A stretch of 64,000 nt of DNA from Gnetum montanum. Its lineage: Eukaryota; Plantae; Gnetophyta. This document shows positions 50,882-63,200 of the stretch, one piece after another. A program made the position numbers and the translations under genes. The stretch's first letter is position 1. Each line of letters opens with the position of its first letter. The DNA is taken from positions 609,604 through 673,603 of the forward strand of contig MNCI01003377.1 of the NCBI GenBank assembly GCA_015680685.1. The letters run 5' to 3'. The notes beneath the pieces were generated by a model. The model did no database searches, was not told the DNA's origin, and worked only from the letters and a program-made list of their open reading frames with translations.

Positions 50882-53800
50882 GTGCCACTTAATGTGCTTA
50901 TGGTTGATATGAAGGATTAAAGTATGGATACCTAGAAGCAAATTATCTCTCCTTTGAGCTTGAGAAAGTCTCATGGTGATGTTGAATAATGCATTGATCC
51001 TGATTGTCTAGATCTTGAGCCTGAGAGTCTTGTCAACCACATAGCCTCAATCAAAAAGCCTCTATAGTGGCCTGAAAACCTAGTTGAAACCCTTGATTTA
51101 AAGGCTAGTAACATTACTAAAGACTCTCTAGCTAAGGGTTATGTCACAACATATAGTGGTGAGGAGAAAACCCTTAAACTAAGTTCCTCACTAGAACCTC
51201 AATAGGCTAAAGGCATCACCAAAGTCCTACAGGATAACATTAAGACTCTTGCCTAGTCGTATGAAGATATGTTAGGTTTAGATCCACAATTAGTCCAACA
51301 TAACATCATAATTGATCCTAGTATTAGACCAGTTAAGCAGAAAGTGAGTAATATTAGACTTGACTTAGCCTTTGTAGTTTGTGATGAAATTACCAAACTC
51401 TACCAAGATGATTTCATTAGAGCTATTGACTATGTAGAATGGGTGTTCAACATCGTAGTAGTTTCTAAGAAAATGGGAGTATTCGTATTTGCATTGATTT
51501 CCAAGATCTAAATAATGCAACCATCAAGGATGATTTTCCTTTACTTAGTATTGATAAACTCATTAATACTATAGTTGGACATGTCTTATTATCCTTTATG
51601 GATGGATTCTCAGGATACAACAAGATTAGGATCAACCTAGAGCATTAACTTAGCATGACCTTCATGACCCCTTGGGGTACCTTTTGCTAAACTATGATGT
51701 CTTTTGGCCTTAATAATGCATACGCAACCAATCAAAGAGCTATGATGTATATCTTCAATGATTACATGTTAGGATTACTAATGATTACATGGATGATATA
51801 GTTGTTAAGTCCAAAGTGGTCAGTAACCATGCTAATGACCTAGACCTTGTGCTTAAATGATGCCTTAAGTTTGATCTTAGACTTAATCCTAAGAAGTGTG
51901 TCTTTAGTGTCAAAACTGGTAAGATTCTTGGCTTTTTAGTATCAGAAGAAGCAAGGATATGTGTCAATCCTAATAAGATGAAGGTCATCTCCAACTTGAT
52001 AGTGCCAAATAACCTTAAGGAGCTTCAAGGATTGTAAGGTAGATTACAATTTATTCATAGGTTTATCACTAGGCTCATGGATAAGTTGCAATTGATGCAA
52101 CACTTTTTTAAGAAAGGATTTCACTATGAGTGGATGGCTTAGTGCCAAGAAGTTTTTGAAAACCTTAAGAAAGAGTTGGCACAACTATCGACAATCTATC
52201 CTCCACAAGAAGGCAAACCATTTTACATCTACCTTGCTATCTCTAGTAAGTCCATTGGCTCTTTACTTTGTCAAAAATGTGATGATGGGGTAGAAATCCT
52301 AGCATAGTACCTTGGCCATGCATTAGTCTCCCATGAGACTGGATACATTGAAGTGAAGAAGTACTATCTAGCACTATTCTTCTCATTGAAGAAATGGAGA
52401 CACTACCTCTTTAGGAGCCAAGTCAATGTCATTTTCAAAGACAACATACTTAGAGATATAATGATCAATATTTACAAGAGTAGTCATATAGCTTGATGGA
52501 AAGCCATAACAGTAGATTTTGACCTTCATTACATTCCCCAGTCCTCAACGAAAGGTGAAGCTATAGCCATACAACTTACAATGTTGCTTATTGATGACAA
52601 AGCAACCATAGACCGAGAGTTTCCCAACAAACATGTCAACACCATTAGCCAAGTGCTCAAGGGCTATGAGGTGGTCATGCACTTTGATAGAGGTTCAACT
52701 ACCCATGAAGCTAGTGTCGTTGCCATCATAACATTTCCATCTAGTGAAATCCATCCCTTCACTTATCACTTTGAGTTTCTATGCATCAACAACATAGCAG
52801 AGTACGAGGGTTTGATCAAGGGGATGATGGTACCATATGACCTAGGAATTAAATGTTTGATGATTAAGGATGATTCAAAATTGGCAGTCAACCAAGTAAT
52901 CTAGGTTTATGCATGCAAAGCCAAACATTTACAACCTTACTATGACTTATGGTAGCAAATATTACAAAAATTTATAGATTTTGATATCCAACATATACCT
53001 CAAAATGAAAATGCTTTAGCTAATGCCATTACAACGCTAACCCTCAGTGTGACACCAGATGTGTTTAGTAATTTTCTCACCCTAATCATGAACTATGCTT
53101 TCCCCATCTCATAGGACACTGAGGATAACTAAGCATAGCAATCTCATACACGTACCACCAACTGAGTTACATACTACTCAAATCACTTGGCCTTTTTAGT
53201 GGTGGGGGTTGGATATCATTGAACCTATAACTCCTAAATCTTCTACAAGGCATAGCTTCATCATCACAATAACCAAATACTTTACTAAGTGGGTTGAGTT
53301 CAGCCCCCTAAGAAAAACTACCCTTGAACAAGTCCATAGATTCATCTAGGATAATATAGTAGCTTGTTTTAGTATACCTATGATCATAGTCATAGATAAT
53401 GGATCGTAGTTTAGTAGTTAAGAAATGGAAAATTTCTATCACAACCTAAGAATTAAGCACTCTTTCTCATCACCTTATTACCCTTAAGCCAATGGACAAG
53501 ATAAAGTAAGCATCAAGGCCATCATCCACTTGCTTAAGAAAATGCTAAATAGCAGTAAGCATAAGTGGCATTAGCAGCTTGTCCATGCACTTTGGGCCTA
53601 ACAAACAACATACCATACTATGATAGGTATAATACCTTATAACCTTGTTTATGATTCTAAAGTTTTTTTACCTCTTGAATTGCATGTACCATCACTTCAA
53701 GTGGCTTTGTCTAACTTCATCAATGATGAATAGAACAAGGAGCTATGTACCATGGACTTGGACTTAGTGGAGGAGCAACATGTGCAAGTGCTTGCTCATG

Positions 53801-54045
53801 TTGAGTAGTATCAAGAGAAGTTGAAGAGGAAAAACCACCATGACTCAACCAAGTGTAATATCAAGGGAGGCGACTTGGTCCTCAAAGCTATCCATGAACA
53901 TGCAGATAAACTCTCAACCAACTAGGAAGGGCCTTTCTTGGTCACTAAATCTTATGAAAATGGCACACTTAGAATAGCAAACATGGATGGGAATAAGTTT
54001 GTGAATATGATTAATCATTCCTATCTAAGTCCATATTACGTGTAG
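50882..54045 (+). pseudogene. pol: pol of element B: RT-RH-aRH-INT
   Basis: MLGLDPQLVQHNI, SFMDGFSGYNKI, YMDDIVV (RT); FYIYLAISSKSIGSLL (RH); MHFDRGS..NNIAEYEGLIKG..DSKLAVNQV (aRH); DNGS*F..SSPYYP*ANGQ..EGPFLV (INT). Confidence 0.93.
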
Positions 54046-55076
54046 CTAACAATAACCAACAAGCAAGCCTAGTTTCCATGGCTTGCCAAGGCCTAAAACT
54101 AGTGAAACCATGACTTACCAAGGCCTTAAATTGGCAACACATGTGACCTTTGATGACTGGATTTTCTGAATGTTCTATGTGGCCTTATGTATTTCATTAT
54201 GAAAACATGATTTCTTTGTATGGTTTTCTTATCCTCTTGGAGTTATGATTGTAAGATGAAGCCTAGAGTCATCATGAAGGTGCAACTCATCATGGTGGCA
54301 AGTCATCACGTGACCTCGATGTGTAAGATTTGGTGAGTTTGTCCTATTGTGCCAAGAGTGCTTGTTTCATATCATTTTCATTATCATTCCTTTAAGCCTG
54401 ATCCCATAGCCTAATTATAACCTTTCTTACCTTGGATAACAATGTTAACTAATGTTTGATACTCATGCACTATGGCTGTTTGTCATGCTCCACCTTCAAG
54501 TCTATTAAATGTAACACACCTCATTCAATGGGAAACCATCTAGTCCATTGAGTGTAATACATCTCACTCAATGGGAAGACCAAGTTAAATTGGTCTTTCA
54601 AGAGAAACCCAATGAATATTTCATTCTATATATATAAAAAAAGACAAGTGGGGAAGCAAACTATCAAAAAGCTGAATGGCCAATGAAGCCTCAAAGCTTA
54701 AACTAATGGCTTCAAACATACAATGGGAGGAGCCTAATTACCAAAGAAACCTTGGAGCTAAGTGTTGGGCCCTCAAATGCATCCACCAAGTGACCAACAC
54801 TTCCAAAGAAAACATTCCAAAAACATCGATAAGCCAACATGTTTGTACCATAGCCATGATTTCAACATTTGGGATGCATTGTTAAACTTCATGACCATTT
54901 CCCTACAACCTCACTACCATTTGACTATCATAACCTTCTCTTATCATTACAAGCACTCTTGATCATGGTTTGATACTATTGAATCAAGTGGGAAGAGGGA
55001 ACATTGGTGATGGACTTGTAGTGGTGTCTTGTATTCTTTGTCGATGTCTCTTAGATTGATCCTCTAGATAACAACA

Positions 55077-55088
55077 AAGAGGGACCAA
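55077..55088 (+). promoter_or_regulatory. Polypurine tract of element B
   Basis: AAGAGGGACCAA directly before the 3' LTR; element A has AAGAGGGGCCAA in the same position. Confidence 0.8.
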
Positions 55089-56611
55089 TGAAACACCACA
55101 AAAAATTGATGTTATAATCTTAATTTCTAGACTTGATGTAAGGATTCATTGTAAATGTGAGATATGTTGTCCATGAGCTACAATCTTGAATACTTCAACT
55201 TCTTGGAGCTAAAAAATGCTTCAAAATCTATCATTCCCTTACTTCCCAAGCAAAAATAGGTACCTCAAGTCCATATTTGGGCTTGGGAAGGCTGAAAAGA
55301 TATTTGAAATGGCTAAAATCATCATTTTCATGGTTTTTTGTAGGGGTATAGCCCCAACTACGTTGGAGTCATTTTCAGTAGACACAGTAGCTATAGTAGT
55401 CATAGTAGCCACAGTAGCTAGTGTAATCACTACCAAGACCTAGTAGAAGTACAATGTTAGGATTGTTGGAAATTCCATTTTTCCAACAACAACTAGCGTA
55501 GTCTTTCCAAGTTAGTAATGAGTAGTGTAGATAACATTCTCCACCATGCACGATACTTTTCAATGAATTCCTCCATTTCTACAAATTCCAAATTTTTGCA
55601 TATTTTCCATCCTTTTGCCACTTTCTAACAACCTCGGTGTAGTTCATCAATGCTAGTGTAGTAAGATGGTACATAGTTATAAATTCCATTTACTATTTAT
55701 AGTAAATGGATGGATTTTGTGGCTATAGTCCATTCTAGAATTACCACAAATGATAACTACATTGGAAGAAGATGATCATTACAACCTACACGTTGACATC
55801 AATCTATCAACAATCATGAGATATGTGCATAGGCCCAAAAATAGCAACCTTACGCTAACAAAATCCAATGTCAACACCATAGAATGGTTCCAAATTTTGG
55901 AATTTTTGCATCAAATACAACAGTTCCAACACTATTTGCATTTCGAACACTTGGCATTTTTTGCAACCCTTGGTAGTAGTCTCAAACCTTCACAACCACC
56001 AAAGCCCATCATAACCCTTGCAACCTTGCTTACACTTGTGGTAGTAGAAATTGGTACTATGCTAGACACAAAGATTCCCACATAGTAGCCATTACACCAT
56101 AAGTTTAATCCCATTATAGATCCTGGTGAAAATTGATGGAAAGTTACCAAAAACTAGAGTTGGGAAGAAACCAAATTGTGGAGTTGTAATAGAACACAAC
56201 CTACCTTATCCAGTGGACTTCAAGCTCCTACTAGTAGCTTCTAGTGCCTTTGACATGAAATCTGTACTTTGTGAACTTTATTCTTTATTTTTTTATAAAG
56301 TTATTATTCATGTTGTGCAAGTTTTAGTTCATGTTTTCATTTCTACCCTTGCTTTCACTTTTGGATTTGTAATAGCAACTTCATTTCCATTTATGTTTAC
56401 ATTTTCATTTTTTATTTTGTCTATGTCTACATCTATGTTTCCATTTGTCATTTCTATTTACATTTCGTAAGTCCCTAGGTGACTAAAAAGACCATTTAGG
56501 ATACCCCGAGTCTTATTTTCTAGATGCCCTTGTGATTTAGGGTTAAAGCTATTTTGGTGCTTGGATCTTTCAGTTTTTCCATTCCAGCAACTAAAATTTC
56601 CAACACTAATA
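55089..56611 (+). repeat. 3' LTR of element B
   Basis: TGAAACACC...CACTAATA followed by TSD AGTAG. Confidence 0.9.
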
Positions 56612-56616
56612 AGTAG

Positions 56617-56762
56617 TAACTTATAAGGCATTTTTCAGTCCCAAAAAGTTAAGGTATGTAAGATTGTAGCTCATTAACCATAAACCTTTATAATAAAATC
56701 TTGCCTCAAGTTGGATGGTGAAGGTTAGACATCATAGCATGAATTTTCTTGATGGTGTTTCA
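56617..56762 (-). repeat. Proximal part of the element A 3' LTR
   Basis: Ends GGTGTTTCA (TGAAACACC on the minus strand) next to the PPT. Confidence 0.8.
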
Positions 56763-57819
56763 TTGGCCCCTCTTTAGTAATGTTTGGAGGATTAACTCAA
56801 GAGACATCAACAAAGAATACAAAACACCATTATGGGCCCATCACCAACGTTTCCTCTCCATGCTTGGTCCTATAGTGTTAAACCATATTAAAGAGTGCTT
56901 ATGATAATGGGATAAGGTTATGATGATATGATATAGGATAAATGTTATATTTGGCTATAAGGAAATGATCATGAGGATTAAAAATGAGTTTCATATGTTG
57001 ACATCATGGCTACAGTTATAAAAATGGCATGTTTAATGATCAATAAGGTCTACATGCTTTGTGCTTTGAAGTGTTGGTCACTCATTCATGTTTTCGAGGA
57101 ACCACACTTCAATGTGAGATTTCTTAGGCCATTAGGCTCATCCTTTTGCATTTTTGGAGTGACTGGTTTGTCTTTTGATCTTGATTAGTCTTTCAGCTTC
57201 TTGGCAATTTGCTTCCCTCATTTTTTGGGGGTGACACTTTCCTTGGGTTTCATTACCAAGGCTAGGTTTGGTTTGGTTTTGTCATTGAATGAGATGTATT
57301 ACATTCACTAGACTTGGTGGAGCATGATGAAGTAGATGCCAAATGGACACAATGCATGAGTATTAAGCATAGGTCAAAATTATTATTTAGTATAAGGAAG
57401 GTTATAATTAGGCTATGGGATGATGGATCAAAAGGAGGAATAACAGGAGGGAAGTGGAATAAGCACTCTTGGCATGACGAGATAAGCTAACCAATTCTTA
57501 CAAATTAAGGTCACATGGTAACTTGTTACCATAATGAGTTGCACCTTTGCAATGACTTCAGGCTTCATAGTGTAAGAACAACTCCAAGAGAGGAAGAAAA
57601 TAAGACAAAGAAAACATGTTGTTACATGATAATACATAAGGCCACATGAGACAATTAGCAAACTAGGTCACCATAGGTCCTTATTATTACAAAGTCTTAC
57701 AATCCACTTATGATGCAAAAAGAAATAGAGAAAAGAATTCTAGTTCACTTGTTATTAATTACTATGATTGTATGTCAATGTCGGTAATTACAAAGAAAAT
57801 GTGTTAGGTATAACAAGGT

Positions 57820-59128
57820 TTGAGATAGGAATGGTTGACCAGATTGGCCAATTCATTCCCATCCATGTTTGTTATTCTGAAGGCTTCATTACCATAGGCC
57901 TTGGAGATGAAGAAAGGTCCTTCCTAGTTGGTTGAGAATTTGTCTACATGCTCATGGAAAACCTTGAGGAGTGGGTCTCTCTCCTTGATATTTAATTTGT
58001 TCAGTTCATGGTGATGTTGTTTCTACCTTGCTTGGTATCACTTAATGTGAGCAAGATTTTGTACTCGTTGCTCTTCCACTGAGTATAGGTCCATGGTACA
58101 TAGCTCCTTGTTTTGTTCATTATTGATGAAGTCTAATAGGGCTACTCTTAGCAATGGAAATTGCAATTCAAGTGGAAAAATAGCTTTAGAACCATAAACT
58201 AGGCTACATGGGGCTACTCCAGTTGTGGTTCAAAAGATGGTTCGATAGGCCCAAAGTGCATGGATAAGCCACTCATGCCACTTGCATCTACTATTTTTAA
58301 GCATCATTTTAAGTAAGTTTACAATAGCTTTGTTGCTAGCTTTAGCTTGTCTATTGGCTTAAGGGTAGTATGGTGACGAAAAGAAATGTTTAATGCATAG
58401 GTCTTGACAAAAGGTTTTTGTTTCTTAGCTACTAAACTATGGTCCATTATCCATGACTATGGTCATAGGTATGCTAAAACGGGCTACTATATTGTCCAAT
58501 ATAAATCTATAGGCTTGTTGAGATGTTATCTTTCTTAGGGAAATAACTTCAGTTCACTTTGTAAATTACTTAGTCACAATGATAATGAAGCTATGCCCTA
58601 TAGAAGATTTAGGTGTTATAGGTCCAATAATGTCCAATCCCCATCATTGAAATGGCCAAGTTATTTGAGTAGTATATAACTTGGTGGCACATGTATTAGG
58701 TTGCTATCCCATTAAAAATGTCATAAGTTTTAGTCTTCTATAGGTAGTTTCCCTTCATATAGGGCTAGTAATAGCCTAGTCATCTAATTTTAGTAGTCAT
58801 GGCTCTAGGTCCTTTATGTCCTCCATAGATACCCTCATGAACTTGCTCAAGGACTATGTAGAATTTAGTCTTACCTATGCATACTAACAATATGCCATCA
58901 TAGAACCATTGACATAATGTGTTATCACCTATGATGACATACTATTTTCATATTTTACATACAACATTCTTTTGAGGAGTAGTTAAGCCTATGGAAATTG
59001 ACCATATATAAGGGTAAAACTTGACATCTTCATACCACTGCTTTTGAGAAGTGATGTTGATACAGGCTATAGAATCACCTTTAGTGTTTTGCGTGATGGG
59101 ATAGCATAGTTCATAGTTAGTGATGAGG
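57820..59128 (-). pseudogene. pol: Integrase of element A
   Basis: WYEDVKFY, HEGIYGGHKGP, TWPFQ*WGLDIIGPI, SSPYYP*ANRQ, EGPFFI; homologous to 53080-54045. Confidence 0.9.
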
Positions 59129-60249
59129 GCCTCCACACTAGGGGAAACTTCCATGCTAAGGGGGAAAGGTTTCCATGCTATGCATGTAGTCTCCATGTTG
59201 TTGTTGTTGGGGGTGGCGGGGTGTGCGGGGCGGGTGGGGGCGGGGAAGGGAAGTTTTCCATGCTAAGGAAGAAACCCCCATTCCTCCACATTGGGGGTAG
59301 ATGAGATTTACCCCTTGCAGATGTTTTTAGCATAGAAAACTATATACACACCTCCCCCCCCCCATAAAACCAATCAAATTACCATTTTTGGCTTTCTAAA
59401 AGGCATTTTTGACCTTCCCCCAAGCCCAAATATAGATACTAGATGACTTTTTTCACTTGGGAAATGAGGCTTTGACCATTATGAGGCATTTTTCAGCATC
59501 AAAAGTATGAAATATGTAAGATTTCCCCTCATGGATTACAATATTCACATTATAATGAAGTTTTACCTTGAGTTTCATGGGGTGAAAGGTACATGATGAA
59601 AATTGGGCATAACATGCAAATTTTTGTGGTGTTTCAATAGATTCTTTTTGTTTGTATTTAGAGGATTTATCTGAGAGGCATTGACAAGAATATAAAACAC
59701 CACTATAGGTTCACCACTAATGTTCCCTCTCCACACTTGATCTAGTCTTGTCAAACCATGTCAAAGAGTGCTTGTGATGATGGGATAAGGCTATGATTGA
59801 GATTAGGGAGATGGTCATGAAGGATAACCACATTACTAGCTATTTTTCCTTTTGGAAATTTACTTTTGGTTAGGTTTCATTGCCAGGGCTAGCTTGATAT
59901 GGTTTTCCTGTTAAGTGAGTTGTGTTACACTCAATGGACTGGAAGATTATTCCATCAAACGAGATGTGTTATGCTTGATGGAATTGATAGTTATCCCATA
60001 AAACAAGATGTGTTATGCTCAATGGACTTAATGGTTTTTCCACCAAACGAGATGCTTTATGTCTGGTGGACTTATTGCTTTTCACTGAATCAACTATGTT
60101 ACATTCAAGTGGACTTGGGAGTGGAGCATGATGAAGAGATATCACATGGCTATAGTGAATGAGTGTAACATATAGGTTAACATTGTATTTTACGATTAGG
60201 TTACTAGGTTGGGATTAAGGAGTGGTGCTAGATGAAGGGTGATGGTACA
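59129..60249 (-). mobile_element. Tat-like element C fragment (partial 3' LTR 59129-59636 and 3' UTR)
   Basis: GTGGTGTTTCA LTR terminus at 59636; 3' UTR homologous to ~54400-55080 and 56775-57400; cut by a SIRE-like insertion. Confidence 0.7.
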
Positions 60250-63200
60250 TGTGGATTGTTGAACTTAGAAAAGTGGGAATGAATAAGTTCCCCAAATTAA
60301 ACTTTGTAAGTAAAACAAAACCACACACATTGAATTTAATGTGGTTCCCCAACTTGGACAGTCCACACTTGGAGGCTAGATCGCTAGCATATCTTTGGAC
60401 TTTGTTTCTCTCAAAATGTCGTTGAAGGATCCACATCATATATAGTCTTCAAGCCCCACTCTAGAGTGTTGTGTTGCAACACTAGCCACTCAACCTTGCA
60501 AGTTTTCATCAAGCTTGGAATGTGGTTTCCTAGCTTCCACAACCTTTACAATGCTGAGCTTTACACTAGCGTGTTGTACCGTAGCATCAACAACTCAATT
60601 CCATAGGATCTCAAAAAGCTCAAGCAAGATCAACCCCATCGGGCAACAAGAGAGAACAATTACAAGGAATGAATGCAACTTAGTTTGTTAATCCTTGTAC
60701 GTTGAGGTACAACACATTTTATAATGAAAAAATGATAATACAATGAAGAGCAATGGAGATTACAATGATAAAAAAAATGATTTTACAATGATTACATAAT
60801 GGCTTTTCACATTTTCCAATGCATATGATGTCTTCTTATAGCTTCCATGTTTCTAAATCCATCTTGGAACTCATGCAATGGCTAGGAAATGATTAGTAAT
60901 GGTTATGGAAGATGTCTTCTTCATGCCTAAGACATCTTTCTATATTTGCCTTCAATTCTAGGAAGACGTCTTTGTCTGGAAATGTTTTCTTTCTAAAATT
61001 TTCATTTTGGGAGACATCTTTGTCTGATGGAAGATGTTTTTCTAGAACTTGCCTTCGTTCTATGAAGACATCTTTGCCTAGTAGAAGATGTCTCTACCTA
61101 ATGAAAGATGTGTGCTATTTCTTGAAGATGTCTTTGTTTGTGTTTACTCCAATTCTACCAAGATGTCTACTATTTCCTACAGATGTCTTTCTTCAACTTT
61201 CATTATCCTTTCAATTCATTGTTCCTTCTCCACATCCTTGATCTTTCATGTGTTTTGATGATGACAACTTTGCTTGTATAGCATCTAATCCTTGTCAATG
61301 TTCTTTACAATTCTTGTATGTTTGTTTAAGACCTTGTTTATGACCTTCTACTTTGAAATCTTGACCAGTTCATTTCTTGTCCTCTATGTAGGCTTTAGTT
61401 CAACTTCGTTTCCCATGTATGTTTTCTTGCAAGTACAATAATCACACAATCATGCACACAACCTTTGACTCCATTTTACTTAACTTTTTAACACACAAAA
61501 AGGTCCATAGTATCCTTCTTTTTGGTGATGTTGAAAAGTTAAGAAAATGGGTTAGTAATCATACAAATATAACCATACTACTCTATCCCCTTTTTGAATA
61601 GCAGCAAAAAAGATAAAAGATACACACAAAAAAGATGGATCAATAAGTTTTAGATAATATTCAGAATCAAGCATCATGACATAATCCCAAAAAAATATCT
61701 AGTAAAGTAAGAGAATCAATTGTTCAGCACCAAGTTCCATGAAGAGGTGTTCCTAATTTGTCAAAAATTTATCCAAATTCTCCAAGTGATATTCAACTTT
61801 GAAGCATGAAGTGAAGTGTGAACATTGAAGAGTAAGTAACTTATTTCTAAAACAATAAGTCATTAGTAGTACATGGTTCTTTTAATAGTTAAATATTCTT
61901 CATCTTGGTAACTATTAGCAAAAGAGAGCATATTTGTATGATAAGGAGAATATAGCAATTTCCAACATGAAATCAGTCATTCCAAATACCAAATGTTGCA
62001 TTGCAAGGTAAAATATTTAATGGATGATTTAATCAAAATTGTAGATACTTCAAAAAATGATCATGGTCTTGCTCATAACATCAACTAGTTTCTTTACAAA
62101 AAATAGGTACTTCTTGCTTCAACTTATGATTGAATATTAAATAGGTGAGCTATTAGTTCAAAAATAATGAGCACCAACATCATAAATTGATGCTAAAGGG
62201 CAAAGATAAATCATGGAGGAATAAGAAGTCTATCTATTTGAAACAATTGTTTTTTCGCAACTTGTATTTCTAGATTCACTCAAAAAGACATCAACAATAG
62301 AATGTTAGAGTTATGAGAGAAACCTGTATATTTTTCTTTTTTTATAAGGCAATACAACAAACATAATCATTCAAGATTTTTCCATTCCAAAAGAAAATAC
62401 CTCTTGAAGTCCTTTTCTTACTCATTACGGTTCTTGGTCAAAGTCTCCAAAGACTCCCCATACATTAGTGGCCTACAAGATGATTAAGGAGTAGGCTCCC
62501 CCTACACATGTGTTGCTTATCTTGGGCCTTTAAGATAGATTTGCAAATATCACAAAAAACACTATAACTATAGGTCAACATTAAGCACAATTATGGAGAT
62601 TTGGATCTTCAACCAAGAATATTGATAGAATTTTTAGAGGTTTATCTTATCTTATAAATGACAAAAACATCTCAAAGGCTATGATTATAGAAATAAATCA
62701 TCACAAAAATTTCGAATTAAGCAAGATTGAAAGCAAAGCAAGAAATCATTACATGTACTACACTATAAGTCTTCACAAAACCAACTATATGAATATCATG
62801 AATGAATGTAAGAGATGCTATAGATACTTATTCCTTTATTTTTCTGAACTAGACAAGAAAAATAATTTTGGACTTCTCAAACACTATTTTTATTAGCTAG
62901 AAATAAAAAAGATGGAAAACTTACCTTGACTTACCTTGCTTTCAAGGAAGAGAAGAAGATTAATGGAGTTTAAGATGAGGTCCCCTATCATGAAGTACCT
63001 ACTCATCCTTAGGTTCTCTTTCATTATATCGTGTATGTGGTATCTCTATTTGTTCATGATCTTTATGATAGAACCTTTGATCACCTATTGCATCCCTTAT
63101 AATTCTTCACCTCTCTTCATTCTCACTTATTGGTATTTGCACAATTTCCTTACCAAAGCCTTTTTGACAAGACAAAGATTAATCTTATTTTGATCATCAT

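Larger units (their letters stand above)
24027..56611 (+). mobile_element. Full-length Ogre/Tat-like Ty3/Gypsy element B (~20 kb plus a ~12.7 kb nested block)
   Basis: LTRs 24027-25340 and 55089-56611, both starting TGAAACACC. Perfect TSD AGTAG at 24022-24026 and 56612-56616. PBS, PPT, and domain order gag-PROT-(long spacer)-RT-RH-aRH-INT. Confidence 0.9.
22856..59128 (-). mobile_element. Ogre/Tat-like element A, 3' part (INT, 3' UTR, PPT, 3' LTR split by element B)
   Basis: LTR pieces 22856-24021 and 56617-56762 are reverse-complement homologues of the B LTR. PPT at 56763-56774; INT at 57820-59128. Confidence 0.8.
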
